Positions 1 through 10,309 of a stretch of DNA of 64,000 nt are shown here, piece by piece. The position numbers and the translations under genes are program-made. Source of the stretch: Andalucia godoyi And28 (Eukaryota > Protista > Jakobida); NCBI GenBank assembly GCA_009859145.1, contig VRVR01000042.1, positions 1 to 64,000 of the forward strand. The letters run 5' to 3'. Positions within the stretch are counted from its first letter, which is position 1, and the number at the start of each line of letters is the position of its first letter. The notes below the pieces were generated by a model. The model saw nothing but the letters and a program-made list of their open reading frames with translations, was not told the DNA's origin and did no database searches.

Positions 1-391
1 GGATGGGGATGGGCGCGAACATGAACCACCCGATCCACCGCACCACGATCGTCAGGACTGTGTTGCCGGCGTCCCCGTAGCTGAACCGCGAAAACATGGT
101 CAGGAATCCTATCAGCGTCAAGAAGGAGATTGCGAAAAAGACCCAGACGATGACCGAGGCTGTTAGAGAGTCCCGGATTGGCGTGCGCATCTCATCCCGG
201 AAAAACCAAGACAGTGCAAAAACAGTGAGGCTTGCGCACCATGCCAGCTGAAACACCGCCGGCTGCACAAGGTACCGCTTCAGCATGGAGCACGAAACAA
301 ACAAGTGTGAATAGAACGGGCTGAGCAGCGCGAACGTCGACTCTGCCGAATTCACGTCCTGGCCATCACTTTCTTCGCCGCTCGAAGACAT
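1..391 (-). CDS. Multi-pass membrane protein, 3' part runs off the window start
   Basis: Translated by hand from ATG at 391: MSSSGEESDG...VFQLAWCASLTVFALSWFF...VIVWVFFAISFLTLIGFLTMFS...VLTIVVRWIGWFMFAPIPI. 130 codons open to the edge with 3 or more hydrophobic segments. Absent from the ORF track because no stop lies in the window. Confidence 0.7.
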   Translation of the reverse strand, partial: MSSSGEESDGQDVNSAESTFALLSPFYSHLFVSCSMLKRYLVQPAVFQLAWCASLTVFALSWFFRDEMRTPIRDSLTASVIVWVFFAISFLTLIGFLTMFSRFSYGDAGNTVLTIVVRWIGWFMFAPIPI

Positions 392-639
392 GTTGTCCTT
401 GTGGTGGTGGACGTCGTGGTGGTGGTGGTGGTGATGGTGGAAGTTGTCGCTGCAATCAGCGGCAGAATCGGAATATTTCGTGACTCAGAAAGAGAGAAGA
501 AAAACCAATATATGATGAAGCACCAATCCACAAGTGAAAAGAAGAAAAGAAATTCTACGCAAGCAAGAGAGTGCTGCTTCGTTCGTACAATCTAAAAGCA
601 GCAGACAATGTTTAAGAACGTGTGGCACAAACAGCTCGA

Positions 640-1889
640 TATAATATAACGGCGTATACAACAAAAAAAAAACGCCTATTAGTTTTTTACGTGTCCCGTG
701 AGGACTCGCGACAGAGGAGGAAGGTGTGGGAAATCATGCAACACCTCGGACCGGTCTGCAGTTCACCATTCGCCGCCTTTCAAATGGGGCCATCTCGTCT
801 GCTTTCCGTTGTCCTGGCAGCTGGTTTTCGAGCGATTGCGGCTTGCGTATTGAAATCATCGGACAGTTCGTGACAATATGTTCCAGTTATGTCGCTACGG
901 ATTCCCGCTTGCTCGTATGTGCACGGAGGACTGCTGGCATGCGTCCGAGCCGGAGGTGAAATGGCACGATTCTACCGGGGTAATTTTCGAGGTGTCGGAG
1001 CTTGCTTTTGAGTGTTGGGCCAGAATCTTGGGTGCGACAAAGTCGGCAAGTGGAGGTCGAGGCGGCTATGTCCGAGCAATTTATATCAGCAGGAAATCGT
1101 ATTTTCATTCCCAGCCCGCTTTCAACGCTCGTTATTGCGCACTTCACTTGATGGCTGTGTCCGCTAACGAGCTACGGGCGCACTTGCATGACATGAAGGC
1201 GGAAGATTCCTGCTATCCATTTCGGACTTAACTCCTCTCAAATGGAAATGAGACACATCACCCAAAAAGGAAAAGCGGTATTCAGCGTTAAGAACACTGC
1301 TTTTTTTCGTTTTTCGTTTGTGTCCGAATGGTGGAGTGTTAGACAATATTTTTTTTGCTACCTTGTTGGACATCCTGCTCGGCAATTTTCGATTGGACGG
1401 ACTTCTGAAGGTTTGCCGGCGATTATGCTGCAACATATTCAGTCAACGAAACCTCGTTGGTAGCGTCGCAAGCCGGTTCCCCGGTTCCCCTCCTCCCCTA
1501 ATCCAGCTCTCGTCTCGATTCATGGACGCTTTCGAGAACCACAATGTAAGCACACCCTTTTACTGCATCAAGTGCTGGGCGGAACCTGATTAAAGCAGGC
1601 GTGGACACTTTCCGTTCTGTCGTATTTGTCGCTTCGCGACGGAAGATTCGTCGAGCCCCCGGAATCATTTGAGACCAAAACGCTGATTTACATGCAGATT
1701 GCCTTCATGAACCAGATGACAGCATCCACATTCCGAACTCAGCGCAACGTCTTCTCAAGACCTGCAGGTACCACGTTGCTGGTCGCTATTTCCACACAAA
1801 TGTTGCTGACCGCTTTGGTTTCATTGTTTTGGCCGTTTGGAGCAGACCTTTTCAGAGCAGCTACGCAGGAACTCCTGATGATCAGATGA
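640..1889 (+). pseudogene. Heavily decayed P3A-type (plasma-membrane H+) P-type ATPase C-terminal half
   Basis: Collinear fragments in different frames. SREDSRQ..IMQHLG resembles PRHDS..I..A..LG. DSTGVIF..ILGATKSA has the same G-V to G-A-T spacing as TGDGVND..V.GATDAA. YVRAIYISRK resembles I..A+..SR.IF. TLIYMQIAFMNQ..RTQ..FSRP.GTTLLVA..LVSLFWPFG resembles the M8-M9 segment. Catalytic motifs are destroyed. Confidence 0.45.
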
Positions 1890-2080
1890 TTGCATCGTGA
1901 ATGCAATCAACACAGTTGGGGTCTTCTGATAAAATTCGATGAGGGCGTTTTTATTCCTCATTGAACAGTACACACACCCCACGTTTCATTCAACAACATA
2001 TTTACATAATGCCCCCAAGGGTGGATGCGACGCACATTGCTCAAAGACGCGACTCCAAAAATTATCCTGCGGCCACTCTT

Positions 2081-4606
2081 TTAAATCAGATTCTCGACAA
2101 AGACCAGTTGATCAATTAAGCCCCAATAGTACAATCGCTCTCTTCCGAGTGCAGATTCCATTTGCTTCTTCACAAAATCGTCGTCCAGATCCGGATTCTG
2201 GTGGAACGACATCACAAGGTCGTGAGCTCGATCAAACAATGCCGCCCCCAGACCTTCTACACACTGGCGCCGCAGCATCTCCGCACGCTCTTTCAAGGAA
2301 CCATTGCCGCGGGATTTGGGAATCCAAGGAGAATGAGCTTTCGCCTGTTGTGGCTCATCATTCGCACTGGAAGAACCGTCATCATCGTCGGGAGCATCGA
2401 TAAACTCATCATCATCATCGAACTCCTCTTCGTAAAACTCCTCCTCCTCGTCAGGAGCTGCATAGTCTTCCGGATCGGCAATGGAAAAGTCTTCTTTCAA
2501 GTCCTGCTGCGCATGTTTGAGAGACGCTTCGAGTTGCTGAATGCGAGAAGTACGCTCCATCAATTCCTGCTCGTATTGATTGATTTTCGACTGGTTTTCA
2601 AGAGCGGCGTCGTGGCCATTGCCTAGATCCTCGGCATCCGCTGCAATATCCGGCTCCGCTTCGACTTCAACAGTACGCAGTGGCGCTGGCGGTCGCGGAG
2701 GAAGCACAGGCTGCGGCACGACGGCAGATGGCACACCGCTGGTCGGAAAAGCGCTGGATACGTATTCCGCTTTCGTCTTCGCATCCGCAACCAACCGTTG
2801 TTGAAAATATTCTTGCCCTGCCTTGGCAAGGTTTTCCCGAACTCGAGCTTCTTCTTCTTGTTTTTGCATCTGCTTCCTTAACAATACTCGTTCTTTCGGT
2901 GTCAAATCCTCAAAGGGATCCTTCTTTGGAGGTTCGGAAATCGAATTGGGCACACAGGCCACCCGATCAAGATGCTGCTCCATCAGCTTCCTCTTTTCCT
3001 TCAATTCCTCCAGCTCACGACGATCGCGGGCCATCGAACGCTCTTCATCCGAAGAATCGGAGTCAAAAGATTTGCTTGGTCTATCGCGGCCAAGCGCTCG
3101 AACTGCCGCCACATCCTTGGACTGCATTGCGTGAGGCTCTTGTGCAGCACCCCCGGATCCTGCACCTGCACTGGTAACAGCACCTGCACTGGAGCTTGAA
3201 TTCGACGAGGATTTAGGCACTGGCACTGGCACTGGCACTGGCACCGAAGCCAGGCCCGGTTGAACAGGAAGAGCAGAAGGCTGTGGCTGCTTGACGATCT
3301 GCATTTGCTTCCCAACCACAGCTGCTTGCGCTTTCTCTACTGGTTTTGGAGTAGCCTTCTTGTACAGATTGGCGTTCCTGTTTTCTTCAGCTCTTTTTTG
3401 CTTTTCACGTGCCTTTTGCTCAAGCTCCAACATACGGTTTCTCTCATTTCGTGCAAGAAGCTCGGCCCGCCGTCTGCGGTCGACGATTTGTGCATTTCGC
3501 TGGTCCTGCTCAGCCTTTAGCCGCGCTAGCGCATTTTGCACCTCCTCCTGTTTCTTTCTTTCTGCTCGTAGTTCCTCCATTGCGTTTTGGACGTCAAAAA
3601 TTTTCTTGTCTCGAGGAGGAGGAGGAGGAGGAGGGATCATAAACGCGCTGCTCGGCTGCAAAAGATTTGCATTCTTCGACACACCGGCAGAAACGATGCC
3701 GCCTGGTGGCTGCCTTTGTTCGACGCACGAAGGAGGTGACGAATCTGCTATTCCAAGCGATTCTAACTGAGACTGCAACTCTCGATTCGGGAGGATATGT
3801 TTGCGGAAAAAAGGATTTCTCAAGACTTCTTCCATGGTAGGTCTTTGCGACGGCGTCTTGTTCAGCATTCTCTTCACCCAGTCTTGGAGTTTGCCGGAGT
3901 ACGTATTCGGGATCGGAGGATATGTTCCTCGTATAATTTTCATCACAAGCCCGTTCAAATTATTCGCATCAAACGCATGTCTCAGCGTTGCGAGTTCGTA
4001 CAAAACACACCCAAGAGACCAAACATCCGATTTGTACGAATACGGCTTGTTGGAACACACTTCCGGGCTCATGAAAAGAGGAGTCCCAATTGCCGTATGC
4101 GCCATTGCAAGCGTGGAGTCGAGCACACGCGCAATCCCAAAGTCACCGATCTTGACTGTACCATCGCGCATTAAAAATATATTCTGCGTCTTGAGATCTC
4201 GATGCAGGATCTTCTTTGAGTGCACGTACTGCATAGCGAGGGCAATCTGAACGAACCACGACAGAACCTGCTCTTCTGGGAAGTACTTTCCCTGTGCGTT
4301 TTTGATGAGCGTCGCCAAGTCACCGCCGTCGCAATACGTCATTACAATATTCAGTGTCTTTGATTTGCTGTCAATAAACGAGTCTCTATAAGACACAATG
4401 TACGGGTGCTGGAGCTTCCGCAGCAGGTCTACCTCCTGCTTTGCCGCAGAAATGTCTTTTGGCGACAACTGCCGCAGATCAACCCGCTTCATCACATACC
4501 GCTGTCCAGTCGCCTTTTCCGTCGCGATGTTCACAGATGCGTAGGATCCACGACCGATTTCCTTGCCCACAACATACTGGCTCAATGGATCGCTCGCAAG
4601 AGACAT
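2081..4606 (-). CDS. NIMA-related serine/threonine kinase (NEK1/NEK4-like)
   Basis: N-terminal kinase domain (IGRGSYASV, YVMK, HRDLKTQNIFL, DFG, GTPLFMSPE), coiled coils, and a C-terminal helical domain typical of NEKs (LRRQCVEGLG..FDRAHDL..LIDQLVFVE). Confidence 0.95.
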   Translation of the reverse strand: MSLASDPLSQYVVGKEIGRGSYASVNIATEKATGQRYVMKRVDLRQLSPKDISAAKQEVDLLRKLQHPYIVSYRDSFIDSKSKTLNIVMTYCDGGDLATLIKNAQGKYFPEEQVLSWFVQIALAMQYVHSKKILHRDLKTQNIFLMRDGTVKIGDFGIARVLDSTLAMAHTAIGTPLFMSPEVCSNKPYSYKSDVWSLGCVLYELATLRHAFDANNLNGLVMKIIRGTYPPIPNTYSGKLQDWVKRMLNKTPSQRPTMEEVLRNPFFRKHILPNRELQSQLESLGIADSSPPSCVEQRQPPGGIVSAGVSKNANLLQPSSAFMIPPPPPPPRDKKIFDVQNAMEELRAERKKQEEVQNALARLKAEQDQRNAQIVDRRRRAELLARNERNRMLELEQKAREKQKRAEENRNANLYKKATPKPVEKAQAAVVGKQMQIVKQPQPSALPVQPGLASVPVPVPVPVPKSSSNSSSSAGAVTSAGAGSGGAAQEPHAMQSKDVAAVRALGRDRPSKSFDSDSSDEERSMARDRRELEELKEKRKLMEQHLDRVACVPNSISEPPKKDPFEDLTPKERVLLRKQMQKQEEEARVRENLAKAGQEYFQQRLVADAKTKAEYVSSAFPTSGVPSAVVPQPVLPPRPPAPLRTVEVEAEPDIAADAEDLGNGHDAALENQSKINQYEQELMERTSRIQQLEASLKHAQQDLKEDFSIADPEDYAAPDEEEEFYEEEFDDDDEFIDAPDDDDGSSSANDEPQQAKAHSPWIPKSRGNGSLKERAEMLRRQCVEGLGAALFDRAHDLVMSFHQNPDLDDDFVKKQMESALGRERLYYWGLIDQLVFVENLI

Positions 4607-4882
4607 ATCAAACGAGTGTCTATTCGTATTCGTCTATTTTTTTTCTTTGAAGACCAAGAAACAAGAAACAAGAAACAAAGAACAGCGGGATCAAGAAGAA
4701 AAACAACAGCTAGGTGTAAAAGAACCGGCGCTCTCAATCAAAAGGGGAAACACTGCCACTGGAGTCGGGAAGACGTACATATCTTGGGAGAGAGACGCTC
4801 GATGATGACAGGACGATTTCGACAGCTGCCGACATTACGCAAGATCAGACCGGATTCAGAAACATACCCAACTTGTTGCCGA

Positions 4883-4884
<2 letters not shown>

Positions 4885-4925
<41 letters not shown>

Positions 4926-5002
4926 GTTATTATTATTGTTATTATTATTGTTATTATTATTGTTATTATTATTGTTATTATTATTATTATTATTATTGTT
5001 AT
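4885..5002. repeat. (TAT)n microsatellite with TGT interruptions
   Basis: Directly visible; the middle part has a 12-bp higher-order unit TGTTATTATTAT. Confidence 0.95.
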
Positions 5003-5062
5003 TTTTAATTTAAATTTTATTCCTCCATTGCTTGATTTTTCGTTTTCCCAAAAGGAGTGAGG

Positions 5063-5827
5063 ATGGCGATGAATCCGATTGAAGAGACCGAGTGCACGGA
5101 CATTGTTGATTTATTTCGGTATTTCAATGCCAAGCATTTTAAGAGTTCTCTTGACTGCTGCGAAGTGAAGTGGTCGCCTCGCATGACCCTCTGTGCTGGA
5201 CTCTGTTGCTACGACCGAGGCGGTTACTGCGTCATCAAGTTGTCCGAACCGCTTCTCAAGTTCCGTCCGCGGTCCGATATGATCAACACGCTCTTGCATG
5301 AAATGATTCATGCGTCGCTGTTTGTCACCGGTAAAAACACAGATCGTGATGACCACGGTCCGAGATTCTGTGCCTTGATGAACCAGATCAATGAAAGAGA
5401 GGGGACAGGGATCACGGTATACCACTCGTTCCATGGGGAAGTGGAGCACTACCGGTTGCACTGGTGGAAGTGCAACAAATGCCAAAATGTAGTCAAACGG
5501 ACCATGAACCGGGCTCCCGGAAAGTCGGATCCCTGGTGGGCAGATCACACGGCGAGATGCGGTGGGGATTATGTGAAAGTCAGGGAGCCTACGCAGGAAG
5601 AGAAGGAACAGGTGTGGGGCAGAAAGGCAAAGAAGCTGCGGGTTGCATCGTCTTCGAAACAGACTGGATCGACAGTGACTCCCCTGTCGTCTTCATCTTC
5701 ATTCTCCGCGGCTGCGTTGTCCAGCTCTTCGTCGTCCTCAAGTGCCTCCTTGGCAGCGACTGCAAGATCGGGGTCGGAAGGCAGCTCGAAAAAGACTATT
5801 GATTCATTTTTTCCCAAGGTGGGGTAG
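5063..5827 (+). CDS. SPRTN: SprT-like metalloprotease (Spartan/DVC1)
   Basis: VKWSPRMTLCAGLC, LLHEMIH (HExxH), HGPRF, HWWKCNKC..VKRTMNRAPGKSDPWWADH...CGG zinc-binding subdomain. First ATG at 5063. Confidence 0.93.
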   Translation: MAMNPIEETECTDIVDLFRYFNAKHFKSSLDCCEVKWSPRMTLCAGLCCYDRGGYCVIKLSEPLLKFRPRSDMINTLLHEMIHASLFVTGKNTDRDDHGPRFCALMNQINEREGTGITVYHSFHGEVEHYRLHWWKCNKCQNVVKRTMNRAPGKSDPWWADHTARCGGDYVKVREPTQEEKEQVWGRKAKKLRVASSSKQTGSTVTPLSSSSSFSAAALSSSSSSSSASLAATARSGSEGSSKKTIDSFFPKVG

Positions 5828-6443
5828 GCGGACGAATCCGCTCATATCTACGGCGCTCCTCGCCCCCTCTCGCCTTGAGCAGATCCACGATTTCCGTGTG
5901 CTTTGCGCGCTCGGCGTAGTACATAGCAGAACGTCCTCTTCTGTTTCTCAGGTTCGGAGACGCCCTTTCCTTCTCTAACAGCCATCTGCAAATCTCGACG
6001 GAGTTGTGTCGACACGCCCACATCAGTAATGTGTTTCCGTCTTCATCCATTCCGTTGATGTCGAATGCTTCCCCGTGTCTCTTCACAAGTTCTTGCAGAT
6101 CCTTGAGCTTGTTCTGCTTTGATAAATTCATTCCCTGTTTGCGGAGCTTCGAGAACTCGTCTTCCTTTTCTACATCCCGTTGTTTTGGCTTTTCCTTGGA
6201 GATTTCCGTCTCTGGTGCGGATTTTTGTTGCTCGTTTTCCGCAGACACAGCATTCCTGTTGGCCGTCCTGATTCTTTTCCACCGTTTCCACTTCAGGTGT
6301 ATCAGACGATGCATATCGAGAAAATACATCACCAACAAGATGGCAATGATAACATTAAAGGTTATCATGAGCGGACCGTACCACGAATCGCTTTTCCCGG
6401 GATTGGTGAACATCGTGGTCTTTGCGGCTCGTGATCTCGTCAT
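5796..6443 (-). CDS. Ankyrin-repeat protein with N-terminal transmembrane helix
   Basis: TM segment PLMITFNVIIAILLVMYFL; ankyrin repeats DEDGNTLLMWACRHNSVEICRWLL and NRRGRSAMYYAERAKHTEIVDLL. Confidence 0.85.
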   Translation of the reverse strand: MTRSRAAKTTMFTNPGKSDSWYGPLMITFNVIIAILLVMYFLDMHRLIHLKWKRWKRIRTANRNAVSAENEQQKSAPETEISKEKPKQRDVEKEDEFSKLRKQGMNLSKQNKLKDLQELVKRHGEAFDINGMDEDGNTLLMWACRHNSVEICRWLLEKERASPNLRNRRGRSAMYYAERAKHTEIVDLLKARGGEERRRYERIRPPTPPWEKMNQ

Positions 6444-6746
6444 TTTTTAAAATTCCTGTTTGTTTGTTGTTGTTTTTTTTAAACATAAAAAAACTGAGTT
6501 GCGGATCCTATGGTCGCCTAGAGGAAGAAGCACTGATGCCGAAAGAGAGCAAACTCCTCGTTAAATCCTCGTTTTTTATATTTATGCTTTGATCGTTGGA
6601 CTCAGTTCTGGCTTATTCGGTGGAGTGTTCTGAAGGGGAAAAGAAACTGTCGTTCGCATGCAGTGTTTTTTGTTTTTTTAATCTTTGTATTTTTTTTAAT
6701 TATCTAATTATAAAAATTAAAAATACAGCTGATGAGCAGTTGACGA

Positions 6747-7373
6747 TCACTCAGAGAAGGCAGCATACATTGCAATCCAGAGAGCGCGGTGGAACAATCG
6801 ATCAACCAATTCGGTTCGCAAACGATGAATGATAGCGCTTGCTTGGGCCTTGGATATGCGGCCGGAAGACAGGAGCATTCGCAATGCGGTCACGAGCAAC
6901 CTTGATTGGCGGGACAGCGTTTGGTCAATGTGCAGAGCAAGTCGGCGTGGCAATCCCTTCCTTTTCACTTGTCTCCCAAAAGCCACCATCTCGATCTGTC
7001 TGGAAATCTCCGCTTCGATCTGCAGGAGAAACGAGGCCCCCAACCCAGATGGGTATCGCGAATAATCCACGGACGTTGGATGAACCAGACTTGTCCATTC
7101 CGCATTTCTGCTGGACACTGTAACCGCAGGTGTTTTCGCACCTGGAACGATAGGAAAGACTCGGTTCGAGGCACTTGCAACCGCCAGCCGGATGACGTGA
7201 TATCGCATGTACAGTACAGCTTGGAGAACCACAGGACTGCTGCCGTCCGAATGCTGCAGCAACGTTGCATGCCGCTGCATAACCAGATCGACGCATTTCG
7301 ACAACGTTTGATCCACACGCGCACGAAATTCGGCTATCCGTACTTTGGCATCATTCAGCGACAACACAGACAT
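6747..7373 (-). CDS. Hypothetical protein (208 aa)
   Basis: ATG-started ORF between AT-rich intergenic tracts, head-to-head with the HDAC gene; no recognised motif. Confidence 0.65.
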   Translation of the reverse strand: MSVLSLNDAKVRIAEFRARVDQTLSKCVDLVMQRHATLLQHSDGSSPVVLQAVLYMRYHVIRLAVASASNRVFPIVPGAKTPAVTVSSRNAEWTSLVHPTSVDYSRYPSGLGASFLLQIEAEISRQIEMVAFGRQVKRKGLPRRLALHIDQTLSRQSRLLVTALRMLLSSGRISKAQASAIIHRLRTELVDRLFHRALWIAMYAAFSE

Positions 7374-7718
7374 TCATGCTTTTCCTCGTCCTCCCACAAA
7401 AAAAAGGGGGATTATCACTGTATTTCACCGTTCTCTTTCATGTTTTGTTTCTTCCTGGCTGTCGGGATCGAAAAGAAGTCCGGGCGGGCACATAAAGTAG
7501 CTGAATTGCCCGCTGGCTTTGTTGGATTTGCTTGAGTCGTCGCACTCGCTTCCTTTTTCACCACTGAGACGTCCTTTTTTCTTACTTCTTATTATTTCTT
7601 GTTATTTATTCTGGTTTTAATTTTGTTGTTGGTTCCGAGTTGCTGGCGATCTGGAATCCGGTTTTTTGTTTTTGTTTTTGATTGCTGAAATTTCCGAGAT
7701 TAGACACGAGCACGCAAC

Positions 7719-9470
7719 ATGAATGGAGAGCCGTCGCCAAAGAAAATGCGCCTTGCTGAAGTTCCCTCTGCGAAGTTCGAGGATTTGTATGCAAACGCGG
7801 CTGACGATGCGGATTTAAAGAATGAGCCGAGCACTGCGCTGGTCACTTCGGATCGGATGCTCCGGCACCGCGGCCCTGTTGACCATCCTGAATGCCCGTC
7901 TCGGCTGGCAACGATTGTAGAACGTCTGTCTTACAACGGACTATTGAAGAAATGCAAGTATGTGGCTGGCCGGGGTGATGTTTCGACGGAGTTGCTTGAA
8001 AAGGTCCATTCCGCGTCCCACGTGGATCGCGTGTTGAACCTTGATCCAGCGGATTTCGACGGAACTGGGGATCTGTTTGTGTCGAAAGGAACATCTCGTG
8101 CAGCCAAAATCGCGGCTTCGTGTGTGGTGACGGCGGTTAAGGAGGTTTTGTCAGGCAAGTCGCGAAATGCGTTTGCCCTGGTGCGTCCGCCAGGTCATCA
8201 CGCAACCCGCGATGAGGCTATGGGGTTTTGCTGGTTTTGCAATACTGCAATCGGCGCTCAGTATGCTCTGGATTTCGATCATTTGTACAAAGAGTCGGAG
8301 GAGGAGGCCGAGTTGCATGCATCCATAGAACAGGATCCTCTTATTCTCGATCTGGAAGAAACCGATCCGGAGGCCCCTGTCCGAGTGCAGCGTGTGTTGA
8401 TTTTTGACTGGGATATCCACCACGGAAATGGCGTGCAGGATATCTTTTATGATTCAAAGAACGTGTTGTACATCTCCATGCATCGGCATGATGATGGGTC
8501 GTTTTATCCGAGAACGGGTGGGATGGAACAGGTCGGTTCTGAGGAAGGGGCCGGATACAATATCAATCTCCCGTTTGAATCAAACGAACAAGGCTACGGA
8601 GACGCTGACTTTTATGCGGTGTTTACAAGCATCGTCTTGCCAATTGCGCAATGCTTCGGGCCTGATTTGGTGATTGTCTCTGCAGGATTTGATGCTGCCG
8701 AGGGAGATACACTAGGGGGATGGCATGTCTCCCCCACGTGCTATGCGCACATCACAGCCATGCTGAAGACGCTGGCCAGTGGGAAGCTCGTGATGGCCCT
8801 TGAGGGGGGATACGATGTTGAAGTCATTGCAGAGTGTGTCGATGCGTGCTTAAGGGTCCTTCTCGGAGAAGATCCAGAACCGCTGGACTTCAGCCAGTTC
8901 CACTGTCTCAGCGACGGCTGTTCACAGACCATTCGCAAAGCCGTGTCCACTTTTTCGCCGTACTGGCCTATTCTGAAGACGTTGCACCCGGGCTCTGCAC
9001 CGCGGGCTCCATCGACCGTTTCTCATGCTGCTGGCGGACTCGAACCATCTGGTGTGAGTCGTCTTCCTCCTACATGTCATCGATTCCTCACGAACATTCT
9101 CTCCTCCAAACTGCACAGGATGAGCAGGGTTGCGATGCGAAAAGTCGGACTGCAAAAAATTGATTTCCAAGTGGAACTGCTGAATTTCGTCCACTCCCAA
9201 CTGGAAAAGATTGCCCTTCCCTTGCGCCGCGCTGCAGAGTGGGAGGATGATGAATCCCCGCCAGTCAAGCACGCCGATATGACAATCCCTCGAGTTTCTG
9301 CGGACGTGATTGACGAGAACGTGGTCGCACTCCAGATTCATGTCCCAGGAGAGTACTGTGCAAAGTGGGCAAGGGAGTGGCATGTTCGTCAGGACGATAT
9401 TCCAGATCAGTTCTGGACGTTGTATCTTCCTGCTGTTTTTGAAGTGCCTTCCGATGAGGACAGCACATAG
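7719..9470 (+). CDS. Class II histone deacetylase (HDA1/HDAC6-like)
   Basis: HPECPSRL, RPPGHHA, GFCWF, DWDIHHGNG, SMHR, SAGFDAAEGD, LEGGY. Confidence 0.96.
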   Translation: MNGEPSPKKMRLAEVPSAKFEDLYANAADDADLKNEPSTALVTSDRMLRHRGPVDHPECPSRLATIVERLSYNGLLKKCKYVAGRGDVSTELLEKVHSASHVDRVLNLDPADFDGTGDLFVSKGTSRAAKIAASCVVTAVKEVLSGKSRNAFALVRPPGHHATRDEAMGFCWFCNTAIGAQYALDFDHLYKESEEEAELHASIEQDPLILDLEETDPEAPVRVQRVLIFDWDIHHGNGVQDIFYDSKNVLYISMHRHDDGSFYPRTGGMEQVGSEEGAGYNINLPFESNEQGYGDADFYAVFTSIVLPIAQCFGPDLVIVSAGFDAAEGDTLGGWHVSPTCYAHITAMLKTLASGKLVMALEGGYDVEVIAECVDACLRVLLGEDPEPLDFSQFHCLSDGCSQTIRKAVSTFSPYWPILKTLHPGSAPRAPSTVSHAAGGLEPSGVSRLPPTCHRFLTNILSSKLHRMSRVAMRKVGLQKIDFQVELLNFVHSQLEKIALPLRRAAEWEDDESPPVKHADMTIPRVSADVIDENVVALQIHVPGEYCAKWAREWHVRQDDIPDQFWTLYLPAVFEVPSDEDST

Positions 9471-9492
9471 AGATGAGCTGACGCAGTACGTG

Positions 9493-9494
<2 letters not shown>

Positions 9495-9582
<88 letters not shown>
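9495..9582. repeat. (CT)n microsatellite
   Basis: Perfect dinucleotide run just 3' of the HDAC gene. Confidence 0.97.
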
Positions 9583-9585
<3 letters not shown>

Positions 9586-10309
9586 CTTTTAAGATGGTGG
9601 TCAATGAATACTGCCGCTGTTTTCTTGTGCACCGTTGCAATTGGCTGCATCAGTAAATGTGCTGGTAAATGGCTTAATGCACCGTATGCGTAGCAAACTG
9701 GTTCCTTCGCCTACTATGTACACTCAGCATGCTGCATGGCTGATCGCTGCTGACCATCTGCATTCAGTCCTGGGTCGGAACCAAATGTGAATTCAATTCA
9801 GAATGGGAGTAGGTTCCCAGTACGCCCGGAATGACAATGAGCTGACGTGAATGGAAAAAGCGACCAGAATAACACCATTTGAAATGCCTGCGTGAATGCG
9901 TCAACATTGTACACTAATCACAGATAACCATCGCTGATCCCCCATAATCAATGTTGCAACCCAACAACATGCATAATGCAACGCGGCGGTGTGTGTATAG
10001 GGATTTCATGATCAAAATGGGGCGAAACGAATCGGGCATCGTGTGACGGAGTTGCTAAGATAACAAACGCATGCGCATGGCGCGTGGCAATGTTTTTGTT
10101 TGCGTGCGCTTTAAATTGCTTCATCATATCCCAATAAGCAGCAACCGCAAAGTAAGGCTACGAAAAAGTGGGTTTGTTTGCACAGACGACTGTTGTCGAC
10201 TTCGCGAGCTCAAGTTCCAAACCCGACCCCCAACGACGAGCGAGAACGTTTCTTCTTTTCTTCTTCTCCTTTTGCATGTTTTTTTTTTTTCTTTCTCTTT
10301 CTTTGAAGA

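Noticed and set aside
1896-1913. Motif GTGAATGC..TCAAC echoed near 9891 and 40708
   Set aside because: Too short, with no flanking similarity; compatible with chance.
4406-5008. ORF ending in poly-Tyr/Cys
   Set aside because: Translation of the (TAT)n microsatellite, antisense to the NEK start.
8922-9693. ER/SL dipeptide ORFs (also at 40191-40707)
   Set aside because: Read-through of (CT)n microsatellites.
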